Part shown: in pieces, positions 19,079 to 31,717 of the stretch
Layout of the letters: each line of letters begins with the position of its first letter
Numbering within the stretch: position 1 is the first letter of the stretch
Assembly (NCBI GenBank): GCA_963832165.1
Contig: CAWHTE010000003.1
Span: forward strand, 96,001 to 160,000
Origin: an uncultured delta proteobacterium
Lineage (GTDB): Bacteria > Myxococcota_A > UBA9160 > SMWR01
Reading direction: 5' to 3'
Length of the DNA: 64,000 nucleotides
The notes under the pieces: model-generated
Told to the model about the DNA's origin: nothing
Databases searched by the model: none
The model's input: only the letters and a program-made list of their open reading frames with translations
Translations under genes and position numbers: made by a program

Positions 19079-19630
19079 CTAGGTATCGCCCGCAGTGATC
19101 TGCGCCTGGCCCTCGCGCATGCGCGAGCGCGACGCTTCGATCTCGTCGATCCCGAGCACCGTGATCGCGAAGCCGCGGTCCGTCCGCTCGACGAGCTTCT
19201 TCTCGCGCAGGTACCAGAGGTGGAAGGCGAGCAGCTCGCGCGGACACGCGAGCAGGCGCTCGAGCTGGACCTCGCCGATGCCGGGCTCGATCAGATCGCG
19301 GCGGCGCTGCGTGTAGAGCACCGACAGCAGGCGCTCGCGCACGACCTTGTCGTCGTCGCGGCGCTCGCAGCCGATCGCTTCGTCGAGCAGGCTGAGCCGA
19401 TCATCGACCGCGTCGGCGTAGAGCACGTCGTAGGCCGCGCGCTTCTCGGGATTCGAGAGTGTCTCGTGGGCCTCGGACAGCTCGTCGAACTTCCTGCGAT
19501 CGCCGGTCTCGGGATTATCGGGATGGAAGCGCTTGGCGAGGTGGCGATAGACACGGTTGATCGTGGTGGTCTCGGCGCGCGGGTTGACCTGGAGCACCTC
19601 GTAGTAGTCGACGAAGCCACCGTTGCTCAC
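19079..19630 (-). CDS. J-domain (DnaJ class C) protein with uncharacterised C-terminal domain
   Basis: DYYEVLQV...YRHLAKRFHPDN...EAHETLSNPEKRAAYD. GTG at 19630 with a GGAGGA RBS. Confidence 0.85.
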   Translation of the reverse strand: MSNGGFVDYYEVLQVNPRAETTTINRVYRHLAKRFHPDNPETGDRRKFDELSEAHETLSNPEKRAAYDVLYADAVDDRLSLLDEAIGCERRDDDKVVRERLLSVLYTQRRRDLIEPGIGEVQLERLLACPRELLAFHLWYLREKKLVERTDRGFAITVLGIDEIEASRSRMREGQAQITAGDT

Positions 19631-19712
19631 TGGTCCTCCCGCGTGGGTTCCGAACGCGTCCGGTTGCCGTATCGGAAGGACTCGCGCGGGTCCTGAGGGC
19701 GAGTTGCGGGGG

Positions 19713-21722
19713 CTAGACCCCCTTCCGCGGCGCGCGCTCGTCCCAGCGCCGCTCGAACACGCGCTGCTCCCCCTCGCTCGCCGCGAGCCGCGCCTCGACC
19801 CGGAACGCATCGCCGGTACAGGAGATCTCGACCCGGGTCTCGACCGCCACCGACCAGGCCCCGCGCCGCAGCTCGGTGCGCTGCTCGATCGCCGCGCGCG
19901 CGCCCAGCGGGTCTCCCGGGTGGATCCGGGTGGCGATCTCCATGCCGTCGCCGCCGTCCATGCCCACGGTCGCGTGGCGGCCTAGCACGACACGCCCCTG
20001 CGCGTCGTAGCCCGAGCGCATCACGCTCACGAGGTCGCCGCCGTTCGGCTCGAGGTCCGAGCGCTGCTCGAGGTGCGCCTGGCCGAGCGGGACCCAGGAA
20101 CTGTGCTCGGCGCGCTCGGGTGGCGCGAATGCGGGCAGGCCGGAGTCGCGCGGATCGGGCGGCCGGATCGGCACCACGAGCCGACATCCCTCGGTGTCGA
20201 TCTGCAGGGTTGCGGGCACGGGCGAGGGCCAGACCAGCGGCCAATACGAGTTGGCGATGGCGAGCCGCAGTCGGTGGCCGGGAATGAGCACGTACGCGGC
20301 GTCGTTCAGGCGGAACCGCACATCGATGCGCCGTCCCGGGGCGAGCGGCGCCCACGCGGCGTGGTCGGGCGTGTGCGTGAGGTTCCAGAGCCCGTAACAG
20401 ATACGCGTCGAGGACCCATCGGGTGCGACGTCGCACAGGCGCGCCACCACGAACGCAAGCGGTTGGTCCGACGCCACCACGAGCCGCAGCTCGGGCGCGC
20501 CCAGCAGCTCGGTGCGCTCGCGGAACGGCTCCGTGTCGAAGCACAGAGACTCCGCGTCGTCCTCGCGCTGATCGCGCGGCTCGGCCAGGAGCCACCCGCC
20601 CGCCGCGCGGCCGGAGGTCTCCACCGTTCGGATCTCGAGCCGGGCGGGGGCGCCCGCGGCGCCGAGACGGCCGCGCGAGAGGTGGAACGCGCGCGGCTCG
20701 ATCCGCGCGGACGGCCAGCCCGCTTCGGCGATCCAGCGGCCAGGGCGCTCGTCCGTTTGGGCGCCCCCGAGCGCGGCCTCGGGCATCCAGACGCGATAGG
20801 CCGGTCGCGCGGCCGCGGGCGCGCCACGCAGGCAGTGATTCCACCAGTCGAGCACGTCCTGGAGGAAGCCGATCGCGGGTCCGGGCGTGCCCTCGTGCGG
20901 ATAGACGTGGCCCCAGGGCCCGACCAGGCCGCAGCGCGGTGCCGTCAGGCCCTCGACGAGCCGCGGAATCGCGTTGCTGTAGCCGTCGGCCCAGCCGCCC
21001 ACCGCGTACACGGGGCACGCGATCGAGGCGTAGTCCTCGCACACCGAGCCCTGGCGCCAGTAGTCGTCGCGCAGCGGGTGCTGCAGCCAGCGCAACGGAT
21101 GCGGGTAGGCGGCTTCGAGGCGCTCGTGCCAGAGCGAGCGCCAGCTCGCGCCCACGAGCTCGGGGTCGGGCGGCTGCGCGCAGAGCTGAAAGAACACGCC
21201 TCCCCACCACAGGTTGTCGTTCAACAGACAGCCGCCCATGTAATGCACGTCGTCCGCATAACGGTCGTCCGTGGAGCACACGCTCACGATCCCGCGCAGC
21301 GCGGGCGGGCGGCGCGCCGCGATCTGGAGCGCATTGAAGCCGCCCCACGATTTGCCGATCAGCCCGACCGCACCGGTGCACCACGGCTGCGCGGCTGCCC
21401 ACGCGATCACGTCCAGGCCGTCTTCCTGCTCCTGCGGCAGATACTCGTCGAGCAGCACGCCATCGCTCTCTCCGGATCCGCGCAGGTCGACGCGCAGTGC
21501 GGCGAGACCGTGGCCCGCGAACCAGGCGTGCATCGCTTCGTCGCGCTCGCGCGTACCGACGCGCTTCCCATACGGGATGTATTCGACCACCGCGGGCGAA
21601 CGCGCGGCGCCCTCGGGCAGCCAGATCCGCGCGGCGAGGCGACTGCCGTCGCGCAGCGGGATCCACGTGTGCTCGATCTCGCGCACGGCGTGCGGAAAGC
21701 TCGCGACGACGGTCGCGCCCAT
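19713..21722 (-). CDS. CocE/NonD family hydrolase (peptidase S15)
   Basis: WIPLRDGSRLAARIWLP, EYIPY, VDLRGSGESDG, GKSWGG, GGWADGY, GPWGH, PepX_C-like C-terminus. Confidence 0.92.
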   Translation of the reverse strand: MGATVVASFPHAVREIEHTWIPLRDGSRLAARIWLPEGAARSPAVVEYIPYGKRVGTRERDEAMHAWFAGHGLAALRVDLRGSGESDGVLLDEYLPQEQEDGLDVIAWAAAQPWCTGAVGLIGKSWGGFNALQIAARRPPALRGIVSVCSTDDRYADDVHYMGGCLLNDNLWWGGVFFQLCAQPPDPELVGASWRSLWHERLEAAYPHPLRWLQHPLRDDYWRQGSVCEDYASIACPVYAVGGWADGYSNAIPRLVEGLTAPRCGLVGPWGHVYPHEGTPGPAIGFLQDVLDWWNHCLRGAPAAARPAYRVWMPEAALGGAQTDERPGRWIAEAGWPSARIEPRAFHLSRGRLGAAGAPARLEIRTVETSGRAAGGWLLAEPRDQREDDAESLCFDTEPFRERTELLGAPELRLVVASDQPLAFVVARLCDVAPDGSSTRICYGLWNLTHTPDHAAWAPLAPGRRIDVRFRLNDAAYVLIPGHRLRLAIANSYWPLVWPSPVPATLQIDTEGCRLVVPIRPPDPRDSGLPAFAPPERAEHSSWVPLGQAHLEQRSDLEPNGGDLVSVMRSGYDAQGRVVLGRHATVGMDGGDGMEIATRIHPGDPLGARAAIEQRTELRRGAWSVAVETRVEISCTGDAFRVEARLAASEGEQRVFERRWDERAPRKGV

Positions 21723-22909
21723 CAACGCCGGCGGAACAGCGCGATCGCGCCGCGGCCATAGCCCGCGACGTAGACGTGCGCTCCGTCGGGAGAGACGCCC
21801 ACGGCGCACGCCTCGACGATGTCCGCGGTGCCGGCATCGTGATGGACCGGGACGGGTCGTAGGCCACCGCTGGTCACGTCGAATGCGACGAGCGAGCCGG
21901 GATCGGCCGCCGCCGCGTAGACCTCGCGTCCGCTCGGAGCGAACGCGAGCCCGAGCGGGCGGCGCAGGCGCCCGGGCGCGTCGACGCCCGCGTGTGCGGT
22001 CGCGAGTCGCTGCAGTGCGCCCGTGTCCGGATCGCGCGCAAACAGCTCGATCGCATCCTCGCCGTAGCCCGCCGCGACCACGCTGCGCCCGTCGGGGCTC
22101 ACGACGACGCTCGCCGCGTTCGTGAGCGCGTGGGCCGGGTCGTCCGCGTCGCGCACGGTGGCGGTGCGCGCGAGCCGGCCGTTGGCCGGGTCGCGTTCGT
22201 AGACCGCGAGCGCGGAGGCATCGAAGCCCGACGCATAGAGGTGTCGCGCGTCGGGTGAGATCGCGATCGAGGTCGGGCCAAAGCCCGGCTCGCGCTGGGT
22301 CTCGACGAAGCGCAGCCTGCCGGTCTTCGCGTCGCGCGCGAATACGACCAGCGAGTCGTCCTCGCGACCCGCGACGTACACCGACTTGCCGTCGGAGCTC
22401 ACGGCGACCGACACCGCGCCGCCGAGTCCGCGCACACCCGCGACGCGGTCGTGGATCACGGCCGCGAAGCGCAGCTTGCCCGTCTTGGTGTCGCGCGCGA
22501 ACACCGCGAGCGCGTCGGCGTCGAAGCCCGCGACGTAGAGGTGCGCCCCGTCCGGGGACAGCGCGAGGTCGCCGGGCTGGTCGAGTCCGTCCACGCCTCG
22601 CACGCCGTCGCGCATCACGCCGGCGGGGTGCAGTGCACCGCTGTCGGCGTCGCGCGCGAAGATCGCCACGGCGTTGGAGCCGCTGCCCGCGACATAGAGC
22701 TGTGTGCCGTCGGGCGAGAAGGCGATCGCGACCGGCTCGTCGATCCCGGTTACACCGCCGACCCCGTCGCGCACGGCGTCGGTGTACACGAGCGGCCCGC
22801 TCGCCCCGGCGCATGCGCTCGCGAGTGCCGCGGCGAACAGCGCGGCGGCCGTCGCGAGCGCGCGGCGCTGGCGCGACTCGCCTGGGCGGATGGGCTTTAC
22901 GAGCGGCAG
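21722..22909 (-). CDS. Lactonase-family beta-propeller lipoprotein
   Basis: Repeats of SPDG..LYVAG...DA.AVFARD..TG.L. The frame extends upstream of the tracked start through a lipobox (LASAC) to CTG 22909, which has GGAGG 8 nt upstream. Confidence 0.78.
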   Translation of the reverse strand: MPLVKPIRPGESRQRRALATAAALFAAALASACAGASGPLVYTDAVRDGVGGVTGIDEPVAIAFSPDGTQLYVAGSGSNAVAIFARDADSGALHPAGVMRDGVRGVDGLDQPGDLALSPDGAHLYVAGFDADALAVFARDTKTGKLRFAAVIHDRVAGVRGLGGAVSVAVSSDGKSVYVAGREDDSLVVFARDAKTGRLRFVETQREPGFGPTSIAISPDARHLYASGFDASALAVYERDPANGRLARTATVRDADDPAHALTNAASVVVSPDGRSVVAAGYGEDAIELFARDPDTGALQRLATAHAGVDAPGRLRRPLGLAFAPSGREVYAAAADPGSLVAFDVTSGGLRPVPVHHDAGTADIVEACAVGVSPDGAHVYVAGYGRGAIALFRRR

Positions 22910-22963
22910 GGACCCAACCTCCGCGGATCGCGCGTGGGCCCGAACTCTATCCCATGCAGGCGG

Positions 22964-24511
22964 CTACTCGTCGTCCTCGTCTTCGTCGCCCGTATCGATC
23001 GGATCGCACGGCCAGTGCGCGCCGAAGCGCGCGCGGAACACGGGCTGGGCGAGCATCAAGTGGCCGCGCTCGTCGGGCTCGGCGAGCCGAGCGCGATCGC
23101 CCTCCCAGACCACTGCGCCCAGCACGATCGCGGACATCTCCGCAGCGGCGTCGAACACGCGCCGCTCTTCGCCCTCGCCCACGGCGATGCGGCCGTGCTC
23201 CACGACCTCGCGCACGAACGCGAGTGCATCGCGCAGCGTTTCTTGCGCGACCGCGGGCGAGCTCTCCGAGATTCGCCACATGCCCTCGTGATCGACTCCA
23301 CGGTAGAGCGCGCGCCCGACTGCGGGGTCGTCGCGGTTCGACTCGTCCGGATCGGGCGCGATGGCCAGGCACAGCGTCGAACCGTCGGGCAGACCCACGA
23401 TCGCGCCCATGGCGTCGCGCACCGACCACCAGGTGAACCAGCCCCCCGTGTTGGGCGGCGGCCCGATCGCCACCGACCCATCGCCGCGCGCGACCACGGC
23501 GTATTCCGGGGTGGACGGCGGAGGTGTCCAGGAGCCGTTCGGCGTCACCCGCAGCTCGTAGCGCGGCGACGAGTCGGCCGTGAGCCCCGCCATCCAGTAG
23601 AGCAGGTACGCAGCGGCCCGCGGAAGTGCGACCTCGCCGCCCGCGAGCGGTGCCGGCGCGTCGCCCGTCCACGCGTCGAGCACGGAGACGAGCTCGCTCG
23701 CTACCGGGATCTCCTGCTGGGGCTTGGGGCGCCGGAGGAGCCGGTCGAGGAAAGCCTCGAGATCGGGATCGGGCACGGCCGCCGGCAGGCCGAGCGGGAA
23801 TTGCTCGGGGACCCGATTGCCTTCCTCGTAGCTGTACCAGCCGCCGTCGCACCTATCGGGCAGCTCTCCGTCGAGCCGCGTGACGTGCACGAGCATCCCG
23901 ATCGCGCTCGCGGACGAGAGATCGATTTCGAGCTCTCCGTTATCGCGGCTCGCCGCGACGTCGCTCCAGAGCTCTTCGTAGCCCGGATCGTCCTCGCCCG
24001 AGTACTCGAGCATCTTCGCGAGCCAGACGGGGAACGCGCGGCCCGGATGGCAGCGGCGGAAGAACGCTCCGGGGGCCTCGCCGCACTCGGAGAGCACGTT
24101 GCGTCCGTTCATCGATCCGGCGTGCGCGTAGAGGTCGACGCGCCAGCTCCCCGGCGCGGCCTGGACCACCGCGACGCCGTGGCCATCCTCGTCCCGGCCG
24201 TGCTCTTCCTTCCAGGTCGAGAGCACCCAGGGATCGAAGCCGCCCATCACGAGCAGGCGGCCGTCGGGCGTGTCGATCCGCGCCGAGGTGCACGCGAGCC
24301 ACTGCGCCTGCTCTTCGGCCGTGAGCGGCTCGTCCACGACGATCCGCACGGGCATCGCGTCGTCGCCGTAGAGCATCTGGAGCAGTACCTGGTGCGCGGC
24401 CGCGAACTGGACGTCGTCGCTGCGGTCGTCGGCGATGATCGCGTCCGCCGCGGAAGCGGCGATCACACTGAAGCCGCCCGAATCGTTGTCGATGTAGACG
24501 TCGCGCCGCAT
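22964..24511 (-). CDS. Hypothetical acidic protein, 515 aa
   Basis: Long ORF with normal codon bias, GGAGG RBS, in operon context. No family recognised. Confidence 0.75.
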   Translation of the reverse strand: MRRDVYIDNDSGGFSVIAASAADAIIADDRSDDVQFAAAHQVLLQMLYGDDAMPVRIVVDEPLTAEEQAQWLACTSARIDTPDGRLLVMGGFDPWVLSTWKEEHGRDEDGHGVAVVQAAPGSWRVDLYAHAGSMNGRNVLSECGEAPGAFFRRCHPGRAFPVWLAKMLEYSGEDDPGYEELWSDVAASRDNGELEIDLSSASAIGMLVHVTRLDGELPDRCDGGWYSYEEGNRVPEQFPLGLPAAVPDPDLEAFLDRLLRRPKPQQEIPVASELVSVLDAWTGDAPAPLAGGEVALPRAAAYLLYWMAGLTADSSPRYELRVTPNGSWTPPPSTPEYAVVARGDGSVAIGPPPNTGGWFTWWSVRDAMGAIVGLPDGSTLCLAIAPDPDESNRDDPAVGRALYRGVDHEGMWRISESSPAVAQETLRDALAFVREVVEHGRIAVGEGEERRVFDAAAEMSAIVLGAVVWEGDRARLAEPDERGHLMLAQPVFRARFGAHWPCDPIDTGDEDEDDE

Positions 24512-24541
24512 CGCCCACCCCCCTCCGTTGGCTGGCGCCCT

Positions 24542-27169
24542 CTATTTCGACACGCGAGGCGCCTCACTGGAGCCCGCGAGCAGCAGGGCCGCCGCGGGCA
24601 GCAGGAACGGCCGCACGATCAGCGTGTCGATCAGCACGCCGATCGTGACGCCGATCCCGACCTGCTCGAGGAACGCGATCCGCGAGAGCAGGAGCGTGGC
24701 GAACGTTCCCGCGAGCACGATGCCGCACGAGGTCACCACGGGGCCCGTGGCTTCGAGCGCGCGCGCGATCGCGGCGTCGAAGGGCAGGGCGCGCGCCTCC
24801 TCGCGCGCGCGCCCGAGCACGAACACGCCGTAGTCGGCGCCGATCGCCACGAGCAGCACGAACAGGAAGAACGGCGCCTTCCAGTCGACGCCCGGCCACG
24901 CGCCGAGCTCGACCAGCAGCTGGAGGCCGCCCAACGCGGCGAAGTACGAGGCCAGGATGAACGCCGTGACGCACAGCGGTGCGACCACGCCGCGCAGCAG
25001 CGCGACGAGCAGTGCGAACACGCCGACGAGGATCCAGATCTCGAGGCGCTCCTGATCGGCGCGCGTGAGCGCGGCGAGCTCCGCGGTGATCGCGCTCGCG
25101 CCGCCGAGCCAGACGGCCGCGTCGCGTATGCCGAAGCCGGCGAGCCACACCGGGATCCGCTCGCGCAGCTGGTCGCATAGCGCGACCGCCGCGGGCGAGT
25201 TGGGCGCCGCCGCGAGGCGCAGCTCGAACAACGCCGCGTGGCCGTCGCGCGTCACGTAGTGATCGAGCGCGCGCGCGAGATCGGGCACCGCGCGGACGTC
25301 CGAGGACGTCAGCGCGAGATGATCGAGCAGACGCGCGGATCCGGGCTCGCCGTGCAGCACCTCGAGTCGGTCGGCGCCCAGTGCGACGCCGTCGGCGAGC
25401 TGGCTCGCGCCGCGCGCGGCGCGGCCGAGCCCGGTCTCGAGCGTGCCGAGCTTCTCGCCCGTGGTCTCGAGATCCCGATCCGCGGCGTCGAAGCGCCCCG
25501 GCGCGAGCGCGGCCAGCAGCGAGCTCTTGCGCTCCGAGGCGAGCTCTTCGCGCTTGGCCGCGAGGTCCGACCGTCCCGAGCCCACCTGGCTCTCGGCGTC
25601 TCCGAGGCCCGACGCGAGCTCGCGCGCTCCCGCGCTCGCGCGCCCGAGACCCGATCGCAACGCGTCGAGCTGGCTCGCGAGCGTTCCGCGCGCGAGCAGC
25701 GCGGGGTCTCCGGTCGGCTGCGTCGCGCTCCAGACCGCTGCCACGCCGGGCTCGGCCGCGAGCGTGCGCGACAGCTGATAGATCGCGTCGAGCCCGTCGA
25801 CCGCGCGCAGCGAGCGCACATCCCGATGGTCTTCGCTCGCTTGCAGCTCGCTGCGCGAAACTTGCGCGTCGGGCATCGCGATCACGGCGACGAGCGGCGA
25901 GACCGCGGCCGGGTCGAAGTGGCGCGTGAGCGCCTGCCAGCCGCGCTCGGACGCGCTGCCGTCGGGGAAGTCGAGCTCGAGCTCGAAGGAGGGCGACAGG
26001 CGCAGCCCGATCCACACGAGCGGCGCAATCGGGATCGCGAACGCGACGAGCACGGCCATGGGGCTCTTCACGACGAGGCGCGCGATCGCGGCCCAGATCC
26101 GGCGCGTCGGCTCCTGCGCGCCCGGAGCGCCGGGCCAGAACAGCGCCGCGCGCGCGTGCCGGAACAGCTCGGGCGCGAGCGTGAGGATCGCCGCGAGCGC
26201 CACCACCGCGCTGATCGCGAGCGCGGGCCCCGAGTTGCGGAACAGGCCGAAGCGCGCGAGCGCCATCAGCGCGCAGGCCACCGCCACCGCGGCGGCGCTC
26301 GTCGCGATCACGGGCGTCGTGCTGCGCAGCGCGGTGCCGATCGGGTCCGCGCTCGCGGGATCGCGGGCCGCTTCTCGCACGCGCGCGAACAGGAGCAGGC
26401 AGTAGTCGGTGCCGATGCCGAACAAGAGCGCCACGAGGAATCCGCGCGTCTGATAGGCGACCGGCATGCCGAGCTCGGCCGCGAGCGTGACCGCGCCGAA
26501 CGCGACCCCGAGTGCGACTCCGAGCACGACCAGCGAGACGAGCGCGGCGAGCGGCGCGCGGTAGACCGCGAGCAGCGTGATCGCCACGAGCGCCACCGTG
26601 GCGATTCCTGCGCGCTGCCCGCCTTCCTCGATCGCAGCCAGATAGTCGCGCCCGAGCGTCGCCTCGCCCGACAGCGACGCGCGCAGCCCACGGTCGCTGC
26701 CGATCTCCTCCGCGAGGATGCGCTCGACGTCCGCAACGACCGCGCTCGCGCGCTCGGACGCAAAGCCGAGCGACAGCCGCACCACGACGAGCGCCGCGCG
26801 CCCATTCGCGGCGACGAGCCGGTCCGCGAGCACGGGGTCGTCGGTGGGCGAGAGCACCGCCGAGAGCGTGTCGGCGGGCAGCTCCGCGCGCAGGCGATCG
26901 GCCAGCTTGCGGATGCGATCCTGAGCGGCGGGGTAGACGGACGCCGCCGGGTCGGGCGACTCGGCTTCGACCACCACCACGACCTGGCTCGGTGCGCGTG
27001 CAGCGGGGAAGCGCTCCGCGAGCGCCGCGTCGGCGCGGCGCGTGAGCGAGTCGCGCGGAAAGAACTCGAGCGGATCCGTGACGGCGACCGACGCGAGCCG
27101 CGGCGCGATCGCGATGCCGCCCGCGAGCGCGGCGAGCCAGAGCACCGGGATGAGAATCGCGCGCCGCAA
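24542..27169 (-). CDS. MMPL family (RND superfamily) transporter
   Basis: LLFGIGTDY and VLLVAIGADY motifs, TGPVVTSCGIVLAGTF, GVLIDTLIVRP; heptad-repeat insert. Confidence 0.9.
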   Translation of the reverse strand: MRRAILIPVLWLAALAGGIAIAPRLASVAVTDPLEFFPRDSLTRRADAALAERFPAARAPSQVVVVVEAESPDPAASVYPAAQDRIRKLADRLRAELPADTLSAVLSPTDDPVLADRLVAANGRAALVVVRLSLGFASERASAVVADVERILAEEIGSDRGLRASLSGEATLGRDYLAAIEEGGQRAGIATVALVAITLLAVYRAPLAALVSLVVLGVALGVAFGAVTLAAELGMPVAYQTRGFLVALLFGIGTDYCLLLFARVREAARDPASADPIGTALRSTTPVIATSAAAVAVACALMALARFGLFRNSGPALAISAVVALAAILTLAPELFRHARAALFWPGAPGAQEPTRRIWAAIARLVVKSPMAVLVAFAIPIAPLVWIGLRLSPSFELELDFPDGSASERGWQALTRHFDPAAVSPLVAVIAMPDAQVSRSELQASEDHRDVRSLRAVDGLDAIYQLSRTLAAEPGVAAVWSATQPTGDPALLARGTLASQLDALRSGLGRASAGARELASGLGDAESQVGSGRSDLAAKREELASERKSSLLAALAPGRFDAADRDLETTGEKLGTLETGLGRAARGASQLADGVALGADRLEVLHGEPGSARLLDHLALTSSDVRAVPDLARALDHYVTRDGHAALFELRLAAAPNSPAAVALCDQLRERIPVWLAGFGIRDAAVWLGGASAITAELAALTRADQERLEIWILVGVFALLVALLRGVVAPLCVTAFILASYFAALGGLQLLVELGAWPGVDWKAPFFLFVLLVAIGADYGVFVLGRAREEARALPFDAAIARALEATGPVVTSCGIVLAGTFATLLLSRIAFLEQVGIGVTIGVLIDTLIVRPFLLPAAALLLAGSSEAPRVSK

Positions 27170-27193
27170 CGCGCTCAGCTTATCGATTCGATC

Positions 27194-29784
<2,591 letters not shown>

Positions 29785-29793
29785 GCCCGGCAT

Positions 29794-29821
29794 GCATAGG
29801 CACGGATTCGGGCGCTACAAC
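29794..29821 (-). promoter_or_regulatory. Possible RpoH-like promoter of clpB
   Basis: Minus strand TTGTA-N15-CCTATGC just upstream of the ATG; resembles CTTGAA-N15/16-CCTAT heat-shock promoters. Confidence 0.3.
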
Positions 29822-29830
29822 TTGTCCCCC

Positions 29831-30904
29831 ATGCCGGCCCTGAGCGTTCTGCAGTACCAGCTCCGCAAGGCGATCCAGGACGCGCTGCGGCGGGCCGGAT
29901 ACAACCTCCACCGCCTCACGCCGCTCGAGCGCCGTTTCTTCGAGCAGATCGAGCGGCAGAAGCGCGAGACGAGCGTCGAGAGCGTGTTCGGAGACGCACT
30001 GCCGCGCCTGCCCGAGCTGCGGCGCCGCTATGCCGCGGTGAGGCTTCCGGTCGCAACCCATTCGATCTGGGGAGGGTCCGGGAAGGAGTCCACCTCGGGC
30101 AACGACGTGGGCTGGGGCTGGGGCGGCGTGGATCTGCGCAATTTCCGCGGCGGCAGCGCCTACGTGTTCGACTACCTGGGATCGGCCCCCGAGGTGGGCC
30201 TGCTCCGCTACCACCTCTACGCGGAGTCCCTGCGGGCGCGCGATCCGGGAGGGCTTCTGTCGCGGCTCTCCGAGGACGGCGCGTTCGGCTGCTTCACCTA
30301 CGACCATCCGACCGTCGGGTGCGTGAGCCGCGACCTGCTCGATTCCGTGCTGGAGCTGAACTTCCTGCACCGGCACCTCGGGCTGCTCGACCGCACCGAT
30401 CTGCGCATCCTCGACGTCGGCGCCGGATACGGCCGCATGGCGCACCGCACGCTCGAAGCGAATCCGGGCGTCCGCTCGTATACCTGCGTCGATGCGGTAC
30501 CCGAGTCGACGTTCCTGTGCGAGTTCTACATGCGCCACCGCGGACTCTCGGAACGCGTCGAGGTGGTCCCGCTCGATGAGCTCGAGACCCGGTTCGACGG
30601 GCGGCGGTTCGACCTCGCCTTCAACATCCACAGCTTCTCGGAGTGCACCTACGTCGCGATCGAGTGGTGGCTGCGGAAGCTGTGCGCGCTGGGCGTGCGC
30701 CACCTGTTCATCGTTCCGAACGACGCGACGCGCTTCCTGTCGATGGAGCCCGATCGCTCGAACCGCGACTACGCGCCGCTGCTCGCGGAGCTCGGCTTCC
30801 GCGAGGTCGCGTGCGAGCCCGTCTTCCCGGAGCCCGCCGTGCAGGAGCTCATGAGCGTGCGCGACAACCTGTACCTGTTCGAGCGCGCCGAGACCGCGAC
30901 CTAG
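29831..30904 (+). CDS. Putative sugar O-methyltransferase (class I SAM-dependent)
   Basis: SRDLLDSVLE, ILDVGAGYGR and FNIHSFSE. Confidence 0.75.
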   Translation: MPALSVLQYQLRKAIQDALRRAGYNLHRLTPLERRFFEQIERQKRETSVESVFGDALPRLPELRRRYAAVRLPVATHSIWGGSGKESTSGNDVGWGWGGVDLRNFRGGSAYVFDYLGSAPEVGLLRYHLYAESLRARDPGGLLSRLSEDGAFGCFTYDHPTVGCVSRDLLDSVLELNFLHRHLGLLDRTDLRILDVGAGYGRMAHRTLEANPGVRSYTCVDAVPESTFLCEFYMRHRGLSERVEVVPLDELETRFDGRRFDLAFNIHSFSECTYVAIEWWLRKLCALGVRHLFIVPNDATRFLSMEPDRSNRDYAPLLAELGFREVACEPVFPEPAVQELMSVRDNLYLFERAETAT

Positions 30905-30907
30905 CTG

Positions 30908-31633
30908 TTAGTGGCGGCGCCGCCAGGCCAGGATCGCCATGCCGCCCGCGACCAGCAGGGACGTCGAGGGCTCCGGCACGGCCTGGCCGACTGCGCGAGC
31001 TCCGATCGTGAACGCGTAGTAGTGCTCGTAGTTCGGGTTGGTCCAGGTGATCTGCGTGTAGGTGCCCGGGAACAGCACCACGCCGTTGCCCTCGTTTCCG
31101 CAGACGGCTCCCGCCGGACAGGTCGAGAGGGGCGGTCCACCGCCGGTGGTGTACAGGCCCGTGCCGCCGTACCCGTCGCTCGAACCGCCGGTGCCCTGGA
31201 TCGCAAACGGCTCGTCTCCGAACAGGAACACCGCATTGAATGTGGGGTTCCCGAGGCTGTAGATCGCGATCACGGGATCGATGACCGGAGCGCTGAACGT
31301 GATCGTGCTGGTCGGGGAGAGGATCAGGTTGCCGCCCTGGAGTCGGATCGCGTCGCGCGGATTTGCGCCCGAGTTCGGAGGCGCGTTGTCCACGATGCCG
31401 CCGGTCCAGGTCGCGCCGGGCGACCAGGGATCGTCGACGAATCCCTGCATCTCGCCCGTGTAGGTCACGTTGACGCCGAGCCCCCCGATCGTGCCGTTCG
31501 CGGCTCCGTCTTCGCCCTGACCCACCGTTCCGCCCAGCCACGTCGTCCACGAGATCGTCGCCGCGAGTGCCGTCGACGGGACGAGGACCGCGATCGCACC
31601 TACGAGTGCCCACCACTTGTGCTTCAACAACAT
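30908..31633 (-). CDS. PEP-CTERM sorting domain surface protein
   Basis: Signal peptide, Gly/Thr-rich body, ends VPEPSTSLLVAGGMAILAWRRRH. Confidence 0.9.
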   Translation of the reverse strand: MLLKHKWWALVGAIAVLVPSTALAATISWTTWLGGTVGQGEDGAANGTIGGLGVNVTYTGEMQGFVDDPWSPGATWTGGIVDNAPPNSGANPRDAIRLQGGNLILSPTSTITFSAPVIDPVIAIYSLGNPTFNAVFLFGDEPFAIQGTGGSSDGYGGTGLYTTGGGPPLSTCPAGAVCGNEGNGVVLFPGTYTQITWTNPNYEHYYAFTIGARAVGQAVPEPSTSLLVAGGMAILAWRRRH

Positions 31634-31717
31634 CTGCCGTCTCCGAATCAATCGAGCGTTAGAGGCTCCACCGGAGCGCGCACTGCCGGCCTCTCGACGA
31701 GCCAGCGAGGCGTCTGG

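Noticed and set aside
21722..22789. Periodic repeats resembling a CRISPR or tandem DNA array
   Set aside because: They are degenerate coding repeats of beta-propeller blades; there are no identical repeats with unique spacers.
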